From Scenedesmus sp. PABB004 (Eukaryota): a stretch of DNA of 64,000 bases. The notes under the pieces are model-generated. The model saw only the letters and a list, made by a program, of their open reading frames with translations. It was not told the DNA's origin and searched no databases. This document shows positions 47,428-61,834 of the stretch, piece after piece (the stretch's first letter is position 1; each line of letters opens with the position of its first letter). The DNA is taken from NCBI GenBank assembly GCA_014905635.1, contig JABVCE010000021.1:248001-312000 (forward strand). Direction: 5' to 3'. The translations under genes and the position numbers were made by a program.

Positions 47428-50400
47428 TCACGCCGACATCGCCTGCGCCGGCGGCGGCGCGGCGACGGCCGCGGCGCGCCGCCGCGCGCGCACGAGGCGC
47501 TTGAGCGCCGACAGCTGCGCGTCGGGGACGTGGTCCAGGAACATGTTGCGGCTGACCACCATGCCGCCCACGATCAGGCTCAGGCCGTCGGTGAGGTGCG
47601 GCCGCAGCGCCGGCGCCGCGCGGCGCGGCCCCGCGCCCGGCGCCGCCGCGCGCAGCGCGGCGCGCAGCCCGTCGCTGCCCGCGCGCGCCATGCCCCGCTG
47701 CTGCTGCTGCTGCGGCCGCGGCGCGCCCTGCGGCTGCGGCCGCTCCTGCTGCTCCGCCGCACGGGGCTGCTGCGGCGGCGCCTTGCTCCGCTCGAGCCAG
47801 ATCACCTCACCCGGCGGGACAAACTCGCGCGCGATGCGCACCTGCGTTGTTGCGCCGCGGCGCCGTGAGCGCTGCCGCGCCGGCGCGGGGCCAGCCCTCC
47901 GCCCCGCCGCCGCCCGCCCCGCCGGGCCCCTGGGACCGCGCGCCCCGCCCCCGCGCCGCCCGCACCCGCAGCGGGTCGAGCGACCGCTCCTCCTCCACCG
48001 CGCGGCGATAGGCGCGGTACCGCGCCGCCGCGGCGGCGCGTGAGTGCCTCCAGCGGCGCCATGACCTCGGCCTCCTCCCAGTCGCGCCCCAGCGCCGCGC
48101 CGAGCAGGAGCTTCAGCTTGGGCACCTGCGGCGGCGCGCGCGGCGCAGGAGGAGTTCGGCGCGCGAGCGAGAGGGCGCCCGCGGCCCCGCCGCGGCCCCC
48201 GCGCACTTTGCAGCGCAGCGCACACAGCATCATCTCGTCCCGCAGGCGCTCAATCGTCCAGAGCGACATGCGGGGGATCATGTCCTGCGCGGGGCGACGC
48301 GAGGGGGGGGGGTCGCAGGGGCGCCGCGGCTGCAGGCGGCGCAGGTGGCGCATGCGGCAGACAGCGCAAGCGGCCAGCAGTGCAGGCGGCAGGCCGTGCA
48401 GGCGGCAGGCGGCCCAGGCGGCGCCGGCGCACCTTGGCGCTGACCAGGCTGTAGCACACGCCCTTGAGGCTGGCCGCGGCGGCGGGGCTCATGAGCCCGC
48501 CGGGCGGCGCGAAGCACCAGCAGCGCACCGAGGGGTAAATCTGCCGGTAGTGCAGCGCCAGCAGCGCCGCGACGCCCGCGCCTGCGCGCGCGCGGCGAGC
48601 GGGGCGCGGGCGGGGTGATGCGGGGCCGTCGCGGGCGGCGGCGCAGGCGGCGGCGGCGCCGCCGGCGCGCTACGGCCGCGGCCCCTCAGCGAGGTGTGTG
48701 CTCATCAAAGGCCGTCAGGCTGTTAAAATTGGCGCCAACAGCTGCGCTGCTGGCTTTTTGTGTCTCGCGGCATCCTCAGGGCGGCCGGGCGCGCCCCAGC
48801 GCGGCGCGCCCCACTCACCTAGGCTGTGCCCAGTCAGCATCAGCGTCCAGCCGCGGCAGTCCGGGAGCTGCTGCGCCGCGCCCGCCTGGCTGCCGCTCCA
48901 GGAGCCCGCCGCCGCCGGCGCGGCCGCGGCGCCGCCGGGGCTGGCCTTGGCGCGCTGCTGCTGCCGCGCTGCCGCGTCGCCGCCGCCGTCGCTGCTGCCG
49001 CCGGCGTCGCCGCCGACCGGCGGGCCTTTGTCCGCCTCCTCAGGCCGGCCCAGGCCCAGCAGCACCTGATCCAGCAGGCCCAGGCGCTGCAGGTCGTCGC
49101 GGATGGCGCGGGCGCAGTTGAGGATGCCCTCGTGCGCAAACCTGGGCGTCGCGCGCGGCGGGCGCTCGTGAGCGGCGCTGCGGCGCGGCGCCGCCATACC
49201 CCCCCCCTCCCTTCCACAGCGCCGGCGCGCACCACTGCGACCCCGCGGCGCCCGTGTCGGGCGTCTCCTCGGCGGCGGCGGCCTGCGCCGCGGCCGCGGC
49301 GGCGTCCGCCTCGGCCTCGGCCTCGGCCTCGGCCTCGGCGGCCGCTGCGGCCGCGGCCTCGGCCGCCGCCAGGGCGTCCGCGTCGTCGCCCATCGGCCGC
49401 GCGGGCAGAGGCGAGCCGGGGCCCTGCTCCAGGTCTCCCTCGAGCGCACACGTCTCCAGCGCCGCGAGCCAGCTGTGCGTCGCCGCGTGCGCGGCCACCG
49501 GCGACGGCAGCGGCGAGCCCAGGAGGCCGCCTGCGCCCGCGCCAGCGCCCGCGCCGCCGGCCGCCGCCTGCGCGCCGCCGCCCGGCGGGGCGTGCACGGC
49601 TGCCGTGGCGCTCGGCGTCATCGCCGCGGCGCGGGAGAGCAGCGCACGGTCGGTGGGGCCGCCATCCCAGAGCGCGGCGTCCGCAAAGCCGCCGGCCGCG
49701 CCGTCCGAGCGCGGGCGCGGCGGCGGCTGCGCCGAGCTCGTGCTGCCCGAGTGCCGCCCCATGCTGGCGCTGCTGCGCGGCGGCGGCGGCGGCAGCGGCA
49801 GCGGCGGCCGCAGCGCCTCGAAGCTGGCCGATGCGCGCGGCTCGCTGCCTGAGGTGCCGGCGGCCGTGCCGCCGCCGCCGCCGCCGCCCCCCGGGGCGTC
49901 CACGCTCGGCAGCGGCTCCAGCTGTGGGTGGTGCCGGTGGTGGTGGTGGTGCCGCGCGGACGGCTGCTGCTGCAGCTGCTCCGCGTGGCTGCGCTGGCTC
50001 GCGGCGGCCGCCGCTGCCGCGGGGTCCACCGCCACGCTCGTCATCGGCGCATAGCGGTGCCCCGCGCGCGCCGCGCCCAGCGCGCGGTCCGCCGCCGTGG
50101 TGCGCTGCACCTGGCCCAGCCGCCGCACCTCCGCCACGGTCAGGCTGCTCTGGCTGGTCTCGCCGGTCGCGCGCCGCGCGACCGCGACGCCGGCGGGCAG
50201 CTTGCGCAGGCTGCTGTGCATGCTGCTGCCGCCGCTCAGGCGCGAGTCGCGCCGCGCCAGGTTGACGCTCTGGCTGCTGTAGAGCTGCCGCAGCCGCAGG
50301 CCGCTGCCGCTCTGCGTCGTGCCAGCGCCCGGCAGCCCGCTGCCGGCGCGGCCGGTCGAGGACGACCAGGCCGGCAGCGAGGCGGCGCCCGCGAGCGCGC

Positions 50401-53189
50401 TCGGGCCGCCCCCGAACGCTGCTGCGCTCGCGGTCGGCAGCAGGGGCGCGGGCTCGCTGTCCGCCGGCTCCGAGGTGCGCCGCCGCCACGGCAGCGCCAG
50501 CGAGCTGCGCAGCGAGCGCAGCGGCGCCCACAGCCCGCCGCCCGCGGCACCCGGCAGCGCCTGCTGCGCCGCCTGCAGCTGCTGCTGGCGCTGGCGCTCG
50601 TGCTGCAGCTGCAGCCACGTCAAGGAGCCCTGCTCCTGTGTCGCGCTCGCCTGCAGCGGCAGCGACGGCGCCCCCAGCTGCTGCCGCTGCTGCTGCTGCG
50701 CCGCCGCCGCCGCCGCCGCCGATGCTTGCTCGTGCGCCGCGCCCGGCCCCGCCGCCACGCAGGCAGCGGCCGCGGCGGTCGCAAAGGGCGACTGCTTTGC
50801 TGAGCCGAATGAGGACATGTGCGTCAGCTGGCGCTTGAGCGGCGGGCCGTCCTGCTCCCGCGGGTCCGCGCCCGGGCGCGGAGCGGCAGGGCTCGCAGCG
50901 CCTGCCGCGGTGGCGGCCGCCGCCGCAGCCTCAGCAGCAGCAGCAGCACCCGCTGCTGCTGCTGCCTTGGCACCGGCTGCCGTCGCGCCGTCGCCCCGTG
51001 CTTCGCCGCCGCCGCCGCCGCTGCTGCTGCCGCTGCAGCAGCTGCCACGCGGCTGCAGCCAGTCGCCGTCGAGCGGCGCCGGGTCGTACAGCACGTCTGC
51101 GGCGGCGGCAGAGAGGGGGCGGGAGCGGGGCTCGGTCCCACGTCACGCCGCCGCGCGCCGCGGCACAGCCCGCAGCGGCACGCCGCGCCGCGCACCCGTA
51201 ACGACGTCCTCGACGCTGAGGGAGCCGCGGATGGCCACCACCACGCAGCGCCGCGCCTCGTCGAGCGTCACGCTGTACGGCAGCAGCCCCTCCACCAGGT
51301 TGTGGTAGTTTACATGCAGCAGCGCCGTGTCGGGGATGCGCGCGGTCTGGCGGCGGCGGCAGCTCATCAGCGGCGGCGCGCGGCGGCTCGAAAGCTGCGT
51401 CCCGCGGCGGGCGCGGCCCCGCACCTGCACGATGGCCTCGCGCGTCAGCCGCTGCGAGGCCGTGAGCGGCGCGAGCTTGGGCACGTGGCTGGGGCCCCAG
51501 TCGCCGCCGAGGCAGCAGCAGCCGCAGTCGTCGCGCAGCGCGCCGGCGCCCACGGCGGGCCAGGCCTGGCTGGGCACCGCGGGCCCCGAGGCGCTGGGCG
51601 CCAGCGAGCCGCTACCGGCGCCGGCGACGAGCCCGCCGCCCGCGGAGCCCCGCCCCGCCTCCACGTCCCAGCCGCTGCTGGCCCCGCTGGCCGCCAGGGA
51701 CTGGGTGCTGTCGCGCCACTGGCGCTGCTGCTGCTGCTGCTGCTGCCCGCTGCTGCTGTACACTTGCTGCTGTGCACCGATGCCGGTCACGCCGCTGCCG
51801 AGCTGTGCAGTGCTGCCAAGTGCATGTGCGCCGCCGCCGCCGCTGCCGCCACCGCTGCCGCCGCCGCCGCCGCCGTCGCCCGGCGCCCGCTCGACCGCCT
51901 CACCCAGCGGCCGCGCGGGCGTGCGCCCGGGCGGCGCCACAATCACCGCTGTCGCGCCGCCGCCGTAGGCGCTGCCCGCGCGGCCGTCGCCGCGGAACCC
52001 CGCCAGGCAGTGGAAGCAGCGCCCGCAGCACAGGCGGCAGCAGCGCAGCGCCCTGGCGTCCCGGGCGGGCGGGCGGGCGGCGGCGCGGCACGGCCGTCAG
52101 CAGGCCGCCCGCGCTTCGCGCAGCGCTGCCCACCCGCCCGGCACGCGGCCGCACCTGTAGCGGTGGGACCACAGGAACATCGGCCAGCCGTAAATTGCGT
52201 TCGCGTAGCGGTGCCAGTGCAGCGCCTCCTCCAGCAGCTCCAGCGGCACGCCCTGCCCGTCCGCCAGCCACGCCGAGCCGGGGTCGGCGTCCGCGGCAAG
52301 TGCGGCGTCCGCGGCGGCGCCCGGCGGCAGCTCGCCGCTCGCGGCGGCCGCCGCCACCGCCGCCAGCACGCCGCGACCGCCGCCCGGCGGGCCGGGCACC
52401 AGCGGCGGCCTGCCGCCCAGCTTGCTCGCCGCCGGGGCTTGCTGCTGCGGCTGCTGCGGCTGCTGCTGCGCGGCTGGCGCGTGCCCCGAGCCCTCAGCGC
52501 TCAAGCGGGAGGGCCGCCTGCCTCCGCCGCTGGCAGCCACGGGCGCCTCGCCGCCGACCAGCGCCTGCTGCTGCAGGCCCTGGGGCACGGCCGAGGCCTG
52601 CGCGCTCAGCGCGCCGGGGTCCGAGCCGGGCGCCGCGAGGCTGCCCGCCCAGCTGTGCGCGCGGCTCTCGCGCCGCGAGCGGGCGCCGTCTGTGTCGCCC
52701 TGGCTCAGGCTCGCCGTGCGCAGGTGGCCCAGCGGCGCCGCCCGCGCGGCGTGCGTGTGGAGCCCGTAGCCGGGGCCCACCGCCAGCACCGACGCCTGCC
52801 GCACCGCCAACTCCCACGTGCTGCCGCCCGACGCGGCGGGCGGCGCCAGCTGCGTGGCGCTGCTGCAGGCGGTAGGCGCGGCGGGTGCGAGCGCGCCGTC
52901 GCCGCCGCCGTCGCCGACGCCGGCAGTGCCAGCGGCGCTCGGGTCCGCCGCAGCCCGCACGTCGCCCTCGCTGCTGGCCCGCCGCATGAGGCCAAACGGG
53001 CTCCGCAGCAGCAGCGGCCGCCCCAGGCGCAGCACGGACGCCAGCGGCGACGCCGCCGCGGCCTCGCTGCTCGGCGCCGGGCCTGCCGCCGGCTGGCCGC
53101 TGCTGCCGCCGCCGCCGCCGCCGCCACTCGGCTGCTTGGCGGTGCTGCCGCCGCCGTCCGACGCGCCGGCCGCGCTGCCGGCGTTGCTC

Positions 53190-53221
<32 letters not shown>

Positions 53222-54720
53222 CGCCTCGTCCGCCGTCCCGTCCAGCTGCTCCTCCTGCTCCAGCAGCAGCAGCTGCAGCAGCTGCTGGTGGCTCCTGCTG
53301 TTGGGCAAGCCCGTCCGCCCGCCGCCGCCGTCCGCGGCGCTGCCGGCGCGGGCGCTCGCGCTGCCGTCGCTGCCCGCGGCCGCCGCCCCCGCCGCGCCGC
53401 CCATGACGCGGAGCGCGTGCTCGTACCCCGCGCCGGCCTCGCGCCCAAACAGGCCCGCCGCGGCCGCCGCGATGACGGCGTGCGCGTGGCACGCCGCGCC
53501 CGCGCCGTGCGAGGCGCTGCGGTGCGTGATGCCCACGAGCGCGATCGCGGCGACGATGTCCGTAAAGGAGAAGTTCAGCGGGTAGAAGACGTCGCCAAAC
53601 ACCTTGGCCACGCGCAGCACGGTCGGCGTCGAGCCGGCGCCGCCGGCGCCGGCGTCGCCGCCATCGCCGCCGCCGCCGCCGCGCGCCGGCGCGCGCAGCG
53701 AGCGCCAGCAGCAGAGCACGTAGCTCAGGCAGTTGACCCTGCGCGGCGGCGCGGGCACGCGGGGCTGGGCGCCGCGCCGCCGGCCGCCGCGCGCGGCGCG
53801 CCGCGCCACGCGCGCGGCGCTCGCCTGTCGACCCACGCGTCGACGCTGCGGTCGGGGTAGACGTTGTACATCAGCACCAGCACGCCGCCCACGACGCCGA
53901 GCGCGCCCCAGGTGGTGAAGATGAACCACCGGTGCGCCGTCACGTCCGCGACCGCCGTCCTGCAAGCGCCGGCGCGCGGCGGCGGCTCGGGCGGCGGCCT
54001 TGCAGGACGCCGGCCCTTGCAGGACGGCCGTGCGGACGCGCGCGCGCGCGCACGCACGCACCGCGCCAGCTCCTCGGCCGTGTAGCACGCCTCGCCGTGG
54101 TTGAGGACGCCGAAGAAGACGGCGGTCGAGAAGACCAGCGCCGCGGCTTCGAGGCAGTACGCGGAGAGGAGGCAGTACAGCGCGGCCGGCATGCGCACGC
54201 GCCGGTGCTCCTCCAGCATCGCGCCTGGCGGCGGCGGCGGCGGCGGTGCCGCGCGCGGACCGCCAGCGTTCGGGCGGGTGCGACGCTGCTGCCCGGCGGC
54301 GTGCGCGCCCCCGCGCCGCGCCGCACCTCGCATGGCGATGGCCGTCACCCACACTTGCAGGGCGGTCGTGATGCCGAAGCTGAGCAGCAGCCAGAGTATG
54401 CTGCTGCTCGCGAGCGCGTGCGCGCGGCAGTCGTCGGGCAGGCCCAGCAGCGCGAGCTCGACCAGGATCAGCAGGCTCCACGCGCCGTGGAACAGCACGC
54501 CCGCGAGCCCCGGCAGCGCCAGGTCTGCGGCGCGCCGCACGCCGCGGCGCGGAGCGCGGGCCGTGTGGGAGGCGGCACCCGGGCCGGCGCGGCCTGCCGG
54601 CGCCCGTGCGCGCCGCGCAGCCGCCGTGGCAGCGGCGCCGCCCGCTGTCGCCGCGGCGCCGCCGGGCTCACCGTCCGAACTGACGTGCCAGCTGCGCCCG
54701 AACAGGCGCAGCGGCGGCAT
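47428..54720 (-). CDS. sn1-specific diacylglycerol lipase-like (lipase class 3, N-terminal TM helices), spliced, with large low-complexity inserts
   Basis: MPPLRLFGRSWHVSSD, N-terminal TM segments, HRYANAIYGWP, VVVAIRGSLSVEDVVTD, FAHEGIL, LTGHSLG, KDMIPRMS, MFLDHVPD. Confidence 0.88.
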
Positions 54721-54981
54721 GTTGCTGCCCCGCGGGCCGCCCCCGCGAGGGGCCGCTGCTAGTGGCGGCGACGGCGGCGGCGCGCCATCTGCTGCTGCGG
54801 TGCGCGCGGCCCCGGCGACGGGCAGCGGGCGCGGGGTCGCGGCCGGTCACGCAACTGCGTCGAACGTGCGGTGCTGGAGCCGCGGGGCAGAACGTGCAGG
54901 GGCATTCGCAGCGGTTGCGGCGGTTGAGCGGCGCTTTAGCGGGTCCCGGAGCCGCAGCCGGCACTGCGGAGCCCGCCCGCG

Positions 54982-57686
54982 TCACGCCCGCCGGCCGCGC
55001 GGCGCGAGGCCTCTGTAGGCCAGGCGGGGGGAGCGTGCGCCGCCGCAGTCGCTGGAGCCGTACGCCGGGTGCTGCCCGCCGAGCGGCCCGGAGCCCGCCC
55101 AGTGCGGACCGGCCACCGCAGCCTTGGCGAGGGGCGGAGGGGCGGGCTGGCCGGCCCGGGGCGTGAGGCGCACCTCAGCGAGGCTGGCGACCGACGCCAG
55201 CGCGCCGCCGGCGTTGGTGGGCACCAGCAGGCGCGGCGTGGCGGCGAGGCCGGCCGCCGGCCCCGCGGGCGCCGGCGCCGCGCCCCCGGCGGCCGTGGCC
55301 GCGGCCGCGCCGCCGCCGCGCGGCGTGTGCGCGGCGGCCACCGTAGCCGCGACGGGCCCGACGAAGCCGCACGACAGCAGCGCGGCTGGCGGCGTCTGGC
55401 GCGCCGACAGCAGGTGCCGCGTGCACGCGTCGCGGTAGCCGCAGGCCGGCTGGCGCCGCGCGGTCAGCGCTGTCGCCTGCACCTGCACCGCGTCTGAGCC
55501 CTGCTGCTGCCGCCGCTGCTGCTGGGCCGCCGCGCCCGCAGCCTGGACGCCCGGCGGCCAGGGCGGCGGCCAAGCCCGCTGCAGCTCGAGCTGCTGCAAC
55601 GCGTCGCCCGCGCCGCCCTCAGCTGCGCCACGCCGCGTTCCCTCAGCAGCTGCGGCCCGGCTGGTGCTGCAGCCTGCAGCGCCGGCGCCACGGCAGCAGC
55701 GCCCGCCCCCGGGCGCCCTGGCCGTGGCGGCGCGGGGCGTGCACTGGGCCGAGTGCCGCCGCGCCAGCGCGCTCGCCGCGCCGACCGCCCATGCGTCCCT
55801 GCTCGGCTGCGGCTGCAGCACGTGGGCGTGGGGCGGGCTCGCCGCGCGCTCCGCGCGGCGCGGGCTGCCCCCGCCGCCTGCAGCCGGAGGCGGCACCGAC
55901 AGCGCCAGCCGCCGCAGCTGCTCCTGCAGCTGCGCCGCCGCCAGCAGCTGGTCCGCCTCCGTGCCGCTGGCTCGCGGGCTCGCGCTCGCTGGGGCCGTGC
56001 CGGCTCCGAGCCAGTAGCTGCCCCGGGCCGAGGCCAGCACCGAGCCCGGCGCAGCCGGCTCGAGCGCGCCCCCCGGGTGCGGCTCCGGCCCCAGCCCCGC
56101 AAGGCGCCCGCTGGCAGCGGTGCCGCAGGCGCCGCCGCCGAGGCCCGCCAGCTGCAGGCGCGGCACCGCCGGCCTGGCCGCCGGCCGCACGCGCACCGCG
56201 CCCTCGACGCCGCCGCCGTTGCCCGGCGGCGCCAGCTGCCGGGGCGTGCGCACGGGCACGCCCGCCACCACCACCACCGCGGGGCCAGCTGCTGCGCACG
56301 CCGCGGCCGCCACCGCCGCATCAGCGACCGCGTAGTTGGCAGCGCCGCCGGCCATCCAGCTGGGCCGCCGCACGCCGCCATACGGCAGCGCCGCGTCGCC
56401 GGCGCCGACCGGCTTCGCCGCAGCCGCCGCCGCGGCGCCCGCCTCCTCCTCCGCGTCCAGCAGCTCCACGGTCTCCCGGTTGTGCAGCGCCTCGTCAAAG
56501 GCCCGCTGGCTGGCGATGGCCGCCTCGGCCTCCGCCACGGCGCGCGCGTCGGCGCCGAGGTTGATGTCCACGCTCAGCCACCGCCGCCGCGCCTCGCCGC
56601 CGGCGGTCACGTCAGACAGCATCTGCATGCGCTTCAGCTGCCGCACCATGACCCCAAACGGCAGCGCGAGGCCTGGCGGGCGCGGGCGGGGGCGGCGGCG
56701 GCGGCGGCGGCGGGCGCCAGCGGGGCCCGTGCGTCGACGCCGCCGCCGCGGCGGCGGCACGGCGGCACGGCGGCGGCGGCGCGGGCCCGCGCGCTCGCCG
56801 GCGAGCCTCACCTGAGGGCAGCACGTACTCGCCCGAGAGCAGCTGCTTGCCCGCCGCAAACTCGGTGCGCATGAAGGCCTCGAACTCGCCCCACCCCACA
56901 CAGCCGTCGCGGTTGGCGTCCATGAGCCGGATCTGCGCGGCGCACGGGAGCATGCGTGCTCATGTGGCAGGCACAGAGAGCGCCGCAGCGTCGCACGCCG
57001 CGCGCGCGGCGGCGGCGGCCAACGCGGGCGGCGGCGGCACACGCGGGCGGCGCCGGCCGGGGCCCGCGCGGCGCGGCGCGGCGCAGCGGACCATCTCGCT
57101 GATGCTGCTCGCGTCGCACGGGATGCGCGCCGCCTGCAGCGCCGCGAGCAGCTCGTGGTGCTCCAGCGTGCCGCTGCCGTCGTCGTCAACGAGCTCAAAC
57201 CTTGCGCGAGGCAAAACGCGGAGCGGCGGCGTCACTGCATGTGAGAGAGGGGGCGGATGACCGGCGGCCGCGCGGCTGCGCGCCAGTCGCCGCACCACTC
57301 GCGGATGACGCGGAGAATCACCGGCTGCAGCCGCGGCGGCGGCAGCGTCTTGCCGTGCACCGTGCACCACGCGCGGTGCTGCGCGCGGCGCAGCAGGCCG
57401 TCGATGTGCGCCTGCGCGCGGGGAGGTGCCGCTGCGCGGTGAGCGGGCGCCCGCGCGGCGGCGGAGGCGCGGCGCGCGTGGTGAGCAGGCGCCCGGAGAG
57501 CGCACGGCCCACCCTGGTGCACGGGTCGAGCCGCTTCACGCGCTGCGCGGTCCGGGCCGTCGCGCCGCCGCCCGCTGCTGTCGCGGCCGGCGCCACCGCC
57601 TCTAGACGGCCGTCGAGCGCTGCGCCCTTGCTCGCACCGGCGGGCCCGGGCCCGCCCAGCGCCGCAGCCGGCGGTCCGGGCTCCAT
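54982..57686 (-). CDS. EF-hand calcium-binding protein with long low-complexity C-terminus, spliced
   Basis: FELVDDDGSGTLEHHEL and LMDANRDGCVGWGEF EF-hand loops; gene ends approximate. Confidence 0.75.
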
Positions 57687-57851
57687 TCGCGCGACGCCGG
57701 CGCCGCTGCTCGCGCGCGCCGGGGGCCGCGCCCCCTGGCTCAGCCGGCTCACCACGACGCGCCCCGTCGCCGTTAAAGGCTAACAATCGGGGCGGCACGC
57801 GCGGCGCGCGGCTGCGGGGTCCGCGTGGGGGCGTTACAGCGTGGGCGCCGC

Positions 57852-58406
57852 TCAGAGCAGCGCCGCGCCGGCCCGCGTGTCGGTGAGCAGCTGGCGCAGC
57901 CCCGGCGTGAGCGGGCCGTAGCGCGTGGTGTGCGCGGCGGCGCACGCGCGCGTCGCGTCGGCGGTCTCCTGGTGGCCCTCGCTGAAGCGCGCCTCGCACC
58001 TGCGCCGGCGGCGGCGGCGGGCGGCCGCCGCGTCGCCCGGAGCCCCGCGCACCGCCGTCAACCGCCGCCGCCGCACGCCTGTGCGCACCTGATCATGTAC
58101 TCGGTCGCGAGGTCGCAGTGCGCGCTGCTGCCGGGCGTGGCGGCGCCGACGATGCGCGCGCACGCCGCGAGCGCCTCCGTCTCCACCGCCGGCGGCGGCG
58201 GCCCGCCGCGCCCGCGCCCGCGCCCACCGCCGCGCCCGCGCCCGCGCCCGCCGCCGGCCTGCTGCCTCGGCGGCGGCGCGGGGAGCTGGTCGGCGCAGAG
58301 GCTCAGCAGGTCGTACAAATCATACACGGAGCTCTGCGGCGGCGGCGCGGCGCGGCAGCGCCGTGTGAGCGCCCGTGCGCGGCCGGGCGACGCGCGCGTG
58401 TGGCAA

Positions 58407-58442
<36 letters not shown>

Positions 58443-59852
58443 ACTGTGACCGCCGCCGCACCTGCAGCCAGCGGCGCACGTGCGCGGGCGGCTTGGCGGC
58501 GCGCACGCCCGCCTCAACGCGCGCCTGCAGGTCCGCCAGCTGCGCCTGCAGCGCGCGCAGCGCGGCGTCGTCGCCGCCGTCCACCGCGGCGTCGACGGCG
58601 GGCGACAGGTCCAGCGCCGCGTCGTGCGCCTCCTGCAGCAGCTCGCCGAGGCCGCCGCCGCCGTAGCGGTCCTCCGCCTTGCACCGCGCACAGCCGCACT
58701 CAAAGCCCCACTGCGCGGCCAGCTCGGCGCGCCGCACGCCCGCCGGCGCAAAGAGCTGCGGGCCCAGGTAGCTCAGGAAGACCTGCTCCCCCGCCGCCAG
58801 GGCCTCTGCGGCGCGCACGACCTGCAAAGCGCGCGCGCGACGCCGGCCGCGTCGGCGCGCGCGACCACCGCCACCGCGCCGGGCCGGGGCGGGGGGCGCA
58901 CGGGCGGCGCGCCGCGGCGCGGGCGCGCCGGCGCGCCGCACCAGGCGGTCGCCGAGCAGCATGGCGTGCGCGTTGGGCGCGCACGAGTGGTTGGCCATCG
59001 CCGCCGCGGGCCACACGCCGAGGTGGCCGCAGCTCGTGCTGCCGCGCAGCAGCGCCAGGGCGGGGTCTTCAAACTCCTCGCCTGCGCGCGCCGCGGAAGC
59101 GCGGCGGCGGTGTGTGTGTGGGGGGGGGGGGGGGCACGGGGGCACGGGGGCACGGCACTGCGAGGCGAGCGGGCGGGGCGCAGCGGCGCTCCGCGCGCTG
59201 CGCGGCGGGCGCACCCGTGCAGTTGGCGAACACCAGCTGCAGCACCGCCGCCTCGTCCGGCAGCGACGCGGGCGGCGGCGGCGCCGCCGGCTGCGGCGCT
59301 GCGCCCCCTGCCTGCGCGGCCCCGCCGGCGGCGGCCTGCTGCTGCTGCAGCACCGCGCCCACCTCTGCCGGGTCGCCCAGCAGCTGCAGCAGGTCCGGCA
59401 GCGGGCCGCTGGCGCCCGCGGCGCCGCCCGGGCGCAGCGCCAGCAGCGCGTGCTGCTGCCACGGCGCGAGCCCGGGCCCCCCCGCCGCCGCCGCCGTCGT
59501 CGCTGCTGCTGCCGCCGCCGCCGCTGCCGCCGCTGCCACTGCGGCTGGCCGCCACGGCGGCGGACAGCGCCTCTGCGAGCTCCTCGTTCTCTGGCGTGGC
59601 CCCTTCCTTGCAGTAGAGCAGCGCCAGCGGCGCCGCGACGAGCAGCAGGTCCCCCGGCGCGGCCGCGTCGGTCGTGAAGAGCCCGCGCCCCATGCCCGGC
59701 GCGGCCTTGAGCCGCACCGGCCCGAGCTGCAGCGGCGGCGGCTGCCGGCTGAGGTAGACGCCGCGCCAGCCCGCGGCGCCGCCGGCCCCGCCGGCCTCGC
59801 CCTCCTCCTCGCCCAGGCCCTCGGCGAGCTCCTGCATCAAGCTGGCCACCTC

Positions 59853-59885
<33 letters not shown>

Positions 59886-60551
59886 AGACAGTGGTTTGGC
59901 GCTAGCGGCTCAGCCGCGGCCTGGGGCGGCCCACCCCGCCCTGCCAAGCGCCCCATGCGCCGCGCCGCCGCGCCGCGCCGCACCCTCGGCGTCGATCTCG
60001 TCGTCGCTCTCGCCCTCACCGCCGTCGCAGTCCTCGCGCTCCTCGCCCTCCTCCCCAAACTCCTCCTCGCCCTCCTCGCCGTCCTCGCCGAGCAGCAGCG
60101 CCGCCTCCCAGAACGCGCCGCCCGCGGCATCGCCGAGCGCCTCCAGCTCGGCGGGCGAGGCGATGTACGCGCCGCCGCCGCCGGCACCGCCGGCGTCGCT
60201 GCTGCCGGCGTCGTCCGCGCGGCCGATGACCACGAAATCCTCGCTGCCACCCGGCGCGCCACCGCTTGGCGCCCGGCCGCGCCCGCTGCGGGCGCCCGCA
60301 GCCGCACCGCCACGGCCGCCGTTACCGGACCGGCCGCGGCCGCTGCCGCCGCGGCCGCTGTCGCCGCGGCCGCCGCCGACGCCGCGGCTGCTGGCGCGCT
60401 CCGACAGCCACGCCGCGCCGTCGCCGTCGCTGCCGCCTTGCGCAGCGCACGCCGCGCGGCGCGGGCCGTGCAGACCACCCGTTACGGGCCGTGAGGGCGC
60501 CCGGGGCGCCAGCCGGCCGGCGCCGGCTGCGCACCGCACCACGCCACGCAT
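57852..60551 (-). CDS. SET-domain (SMYD-like) lysine methyltransferase, probably organelle-targeted, spliced
   Basis: GMGRGLFTT...GDLLLV..PL, GVWPAAAMANHSCAPNA, FLSYLG, WGFECGCARC. Confidence 0.88.
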
Positions 60552-61098
60552 CGCAGCCGCGCTCTGCCGCTGCCGCCGCTCGCGCCGCTGGTGGTGGTGG
60601 CCAGCGGCGCTGGCCGTGCGGTTGACGGGGACCTGGCGAGAGCGGGACTGTCTCTGGGGCGACGGGCCGCCGCGACAGGAGCACACAGTGTGCTGCACAC
60701 TGGCTGCTGCTGGGAGCCGGACAGCACAGACCGCGAACCGCCGCTCGCAGCCGCCGCGCGCAGTCGCCGCCGCGCCCCACGCCGCCCGTTCTCGGTCTCT
60801 CTGCCAGTCGCCCGCCCGCTCAGCGCCCGCACGCGCTACAAAGGCCGTGCATCGGGCTGCGGCCGCGGAAAGCTCGCCCGCATCACGCAGGAGCAGGCAC
60901 CGCAGCAGCGGGTGCGGCGGCCCACGCCGCGCCGGGGGAGAGAGACAGCCGTGCGGCCCGCCAGCGCGCGCCCAGGAGGGCCTGCGGGTCGCGCGTGGGA
61001 GCAGATGGGCGCAGCGCGCGGCCTGACGCCCGCCCTCGCCCGCAGCGTCCGCCCGCCCTCGCCCGCAGCGTCGTCTGGGAGCGGCCATCGTGCCCATC

Positions 61099-61786
61099 AT
61101 GGCGGACGTGGCCAACCGGGACGAGGCGCTGCGCGTGATCGACATGGCGCGCGCCGCCCTGCGCAGCGGCGACACCGCTAAGGCGGAGCGGCTCAGCCAA
61201 AAGGCGCTGAAGCTCTACCGCTGCCAGCAGGTGGGGGGACGCGCCTGGCGGCGCATGGCAGTGGCGTGCGCGGGGCTCGGCGCAGCGGGGGTGCGCGGGC
61301 GCCGCGCGAGCAGCAGCGGCGGCGGCCGCTGCCGCACCGGAGGCCGCGCGCGCAGACGCTGCCGCCGCGCGGCAGCAGCGGCCGCGCGCGGCGCCAGAAC
61401 CGCGCGCAGTGCCGGCGCGCGCGTCGGCGGGCAATCGCGCACGCCGCGGCGCGCGTGCGAGCGTAACCAACCCTAGCCGCCTAGCAGGCCTGCACACCAC
61501 CAACCGCCGCGCGGCCGCCGCCGCCGCTGCCGCCGCAGACTGAGTCGATGGTGCTGCAGGTCCAGGTGTACATTTCGGAGATGACGCGCGGCGGCGGCGG
61601 CCGCGCGCACGCGGGCGGCAGCAGCAGCGACCGCAACCACGCGGCGCACGAGCAGCCGCGACGGGCCGCGCAGGCCAACGGCCACCACGCGCCGCCCGGC
61701 GGCCGCGCGCAGCAGCAGCAGCACCAGCACCAGCAGCACCACCCGCAGCAGCAGCACGCGCACGGGGCGCGGCATTCGCAGCACTC

Positions 61787-61834
<48 letters not shown>

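Noticed and set aside
47378..47436. 21-bp x3 repeat (cgctcagctcacgccgccgcc) at the DAG lipase stop
   Set aside because: A simple slippage duplication of the stop region with no evidence of function.
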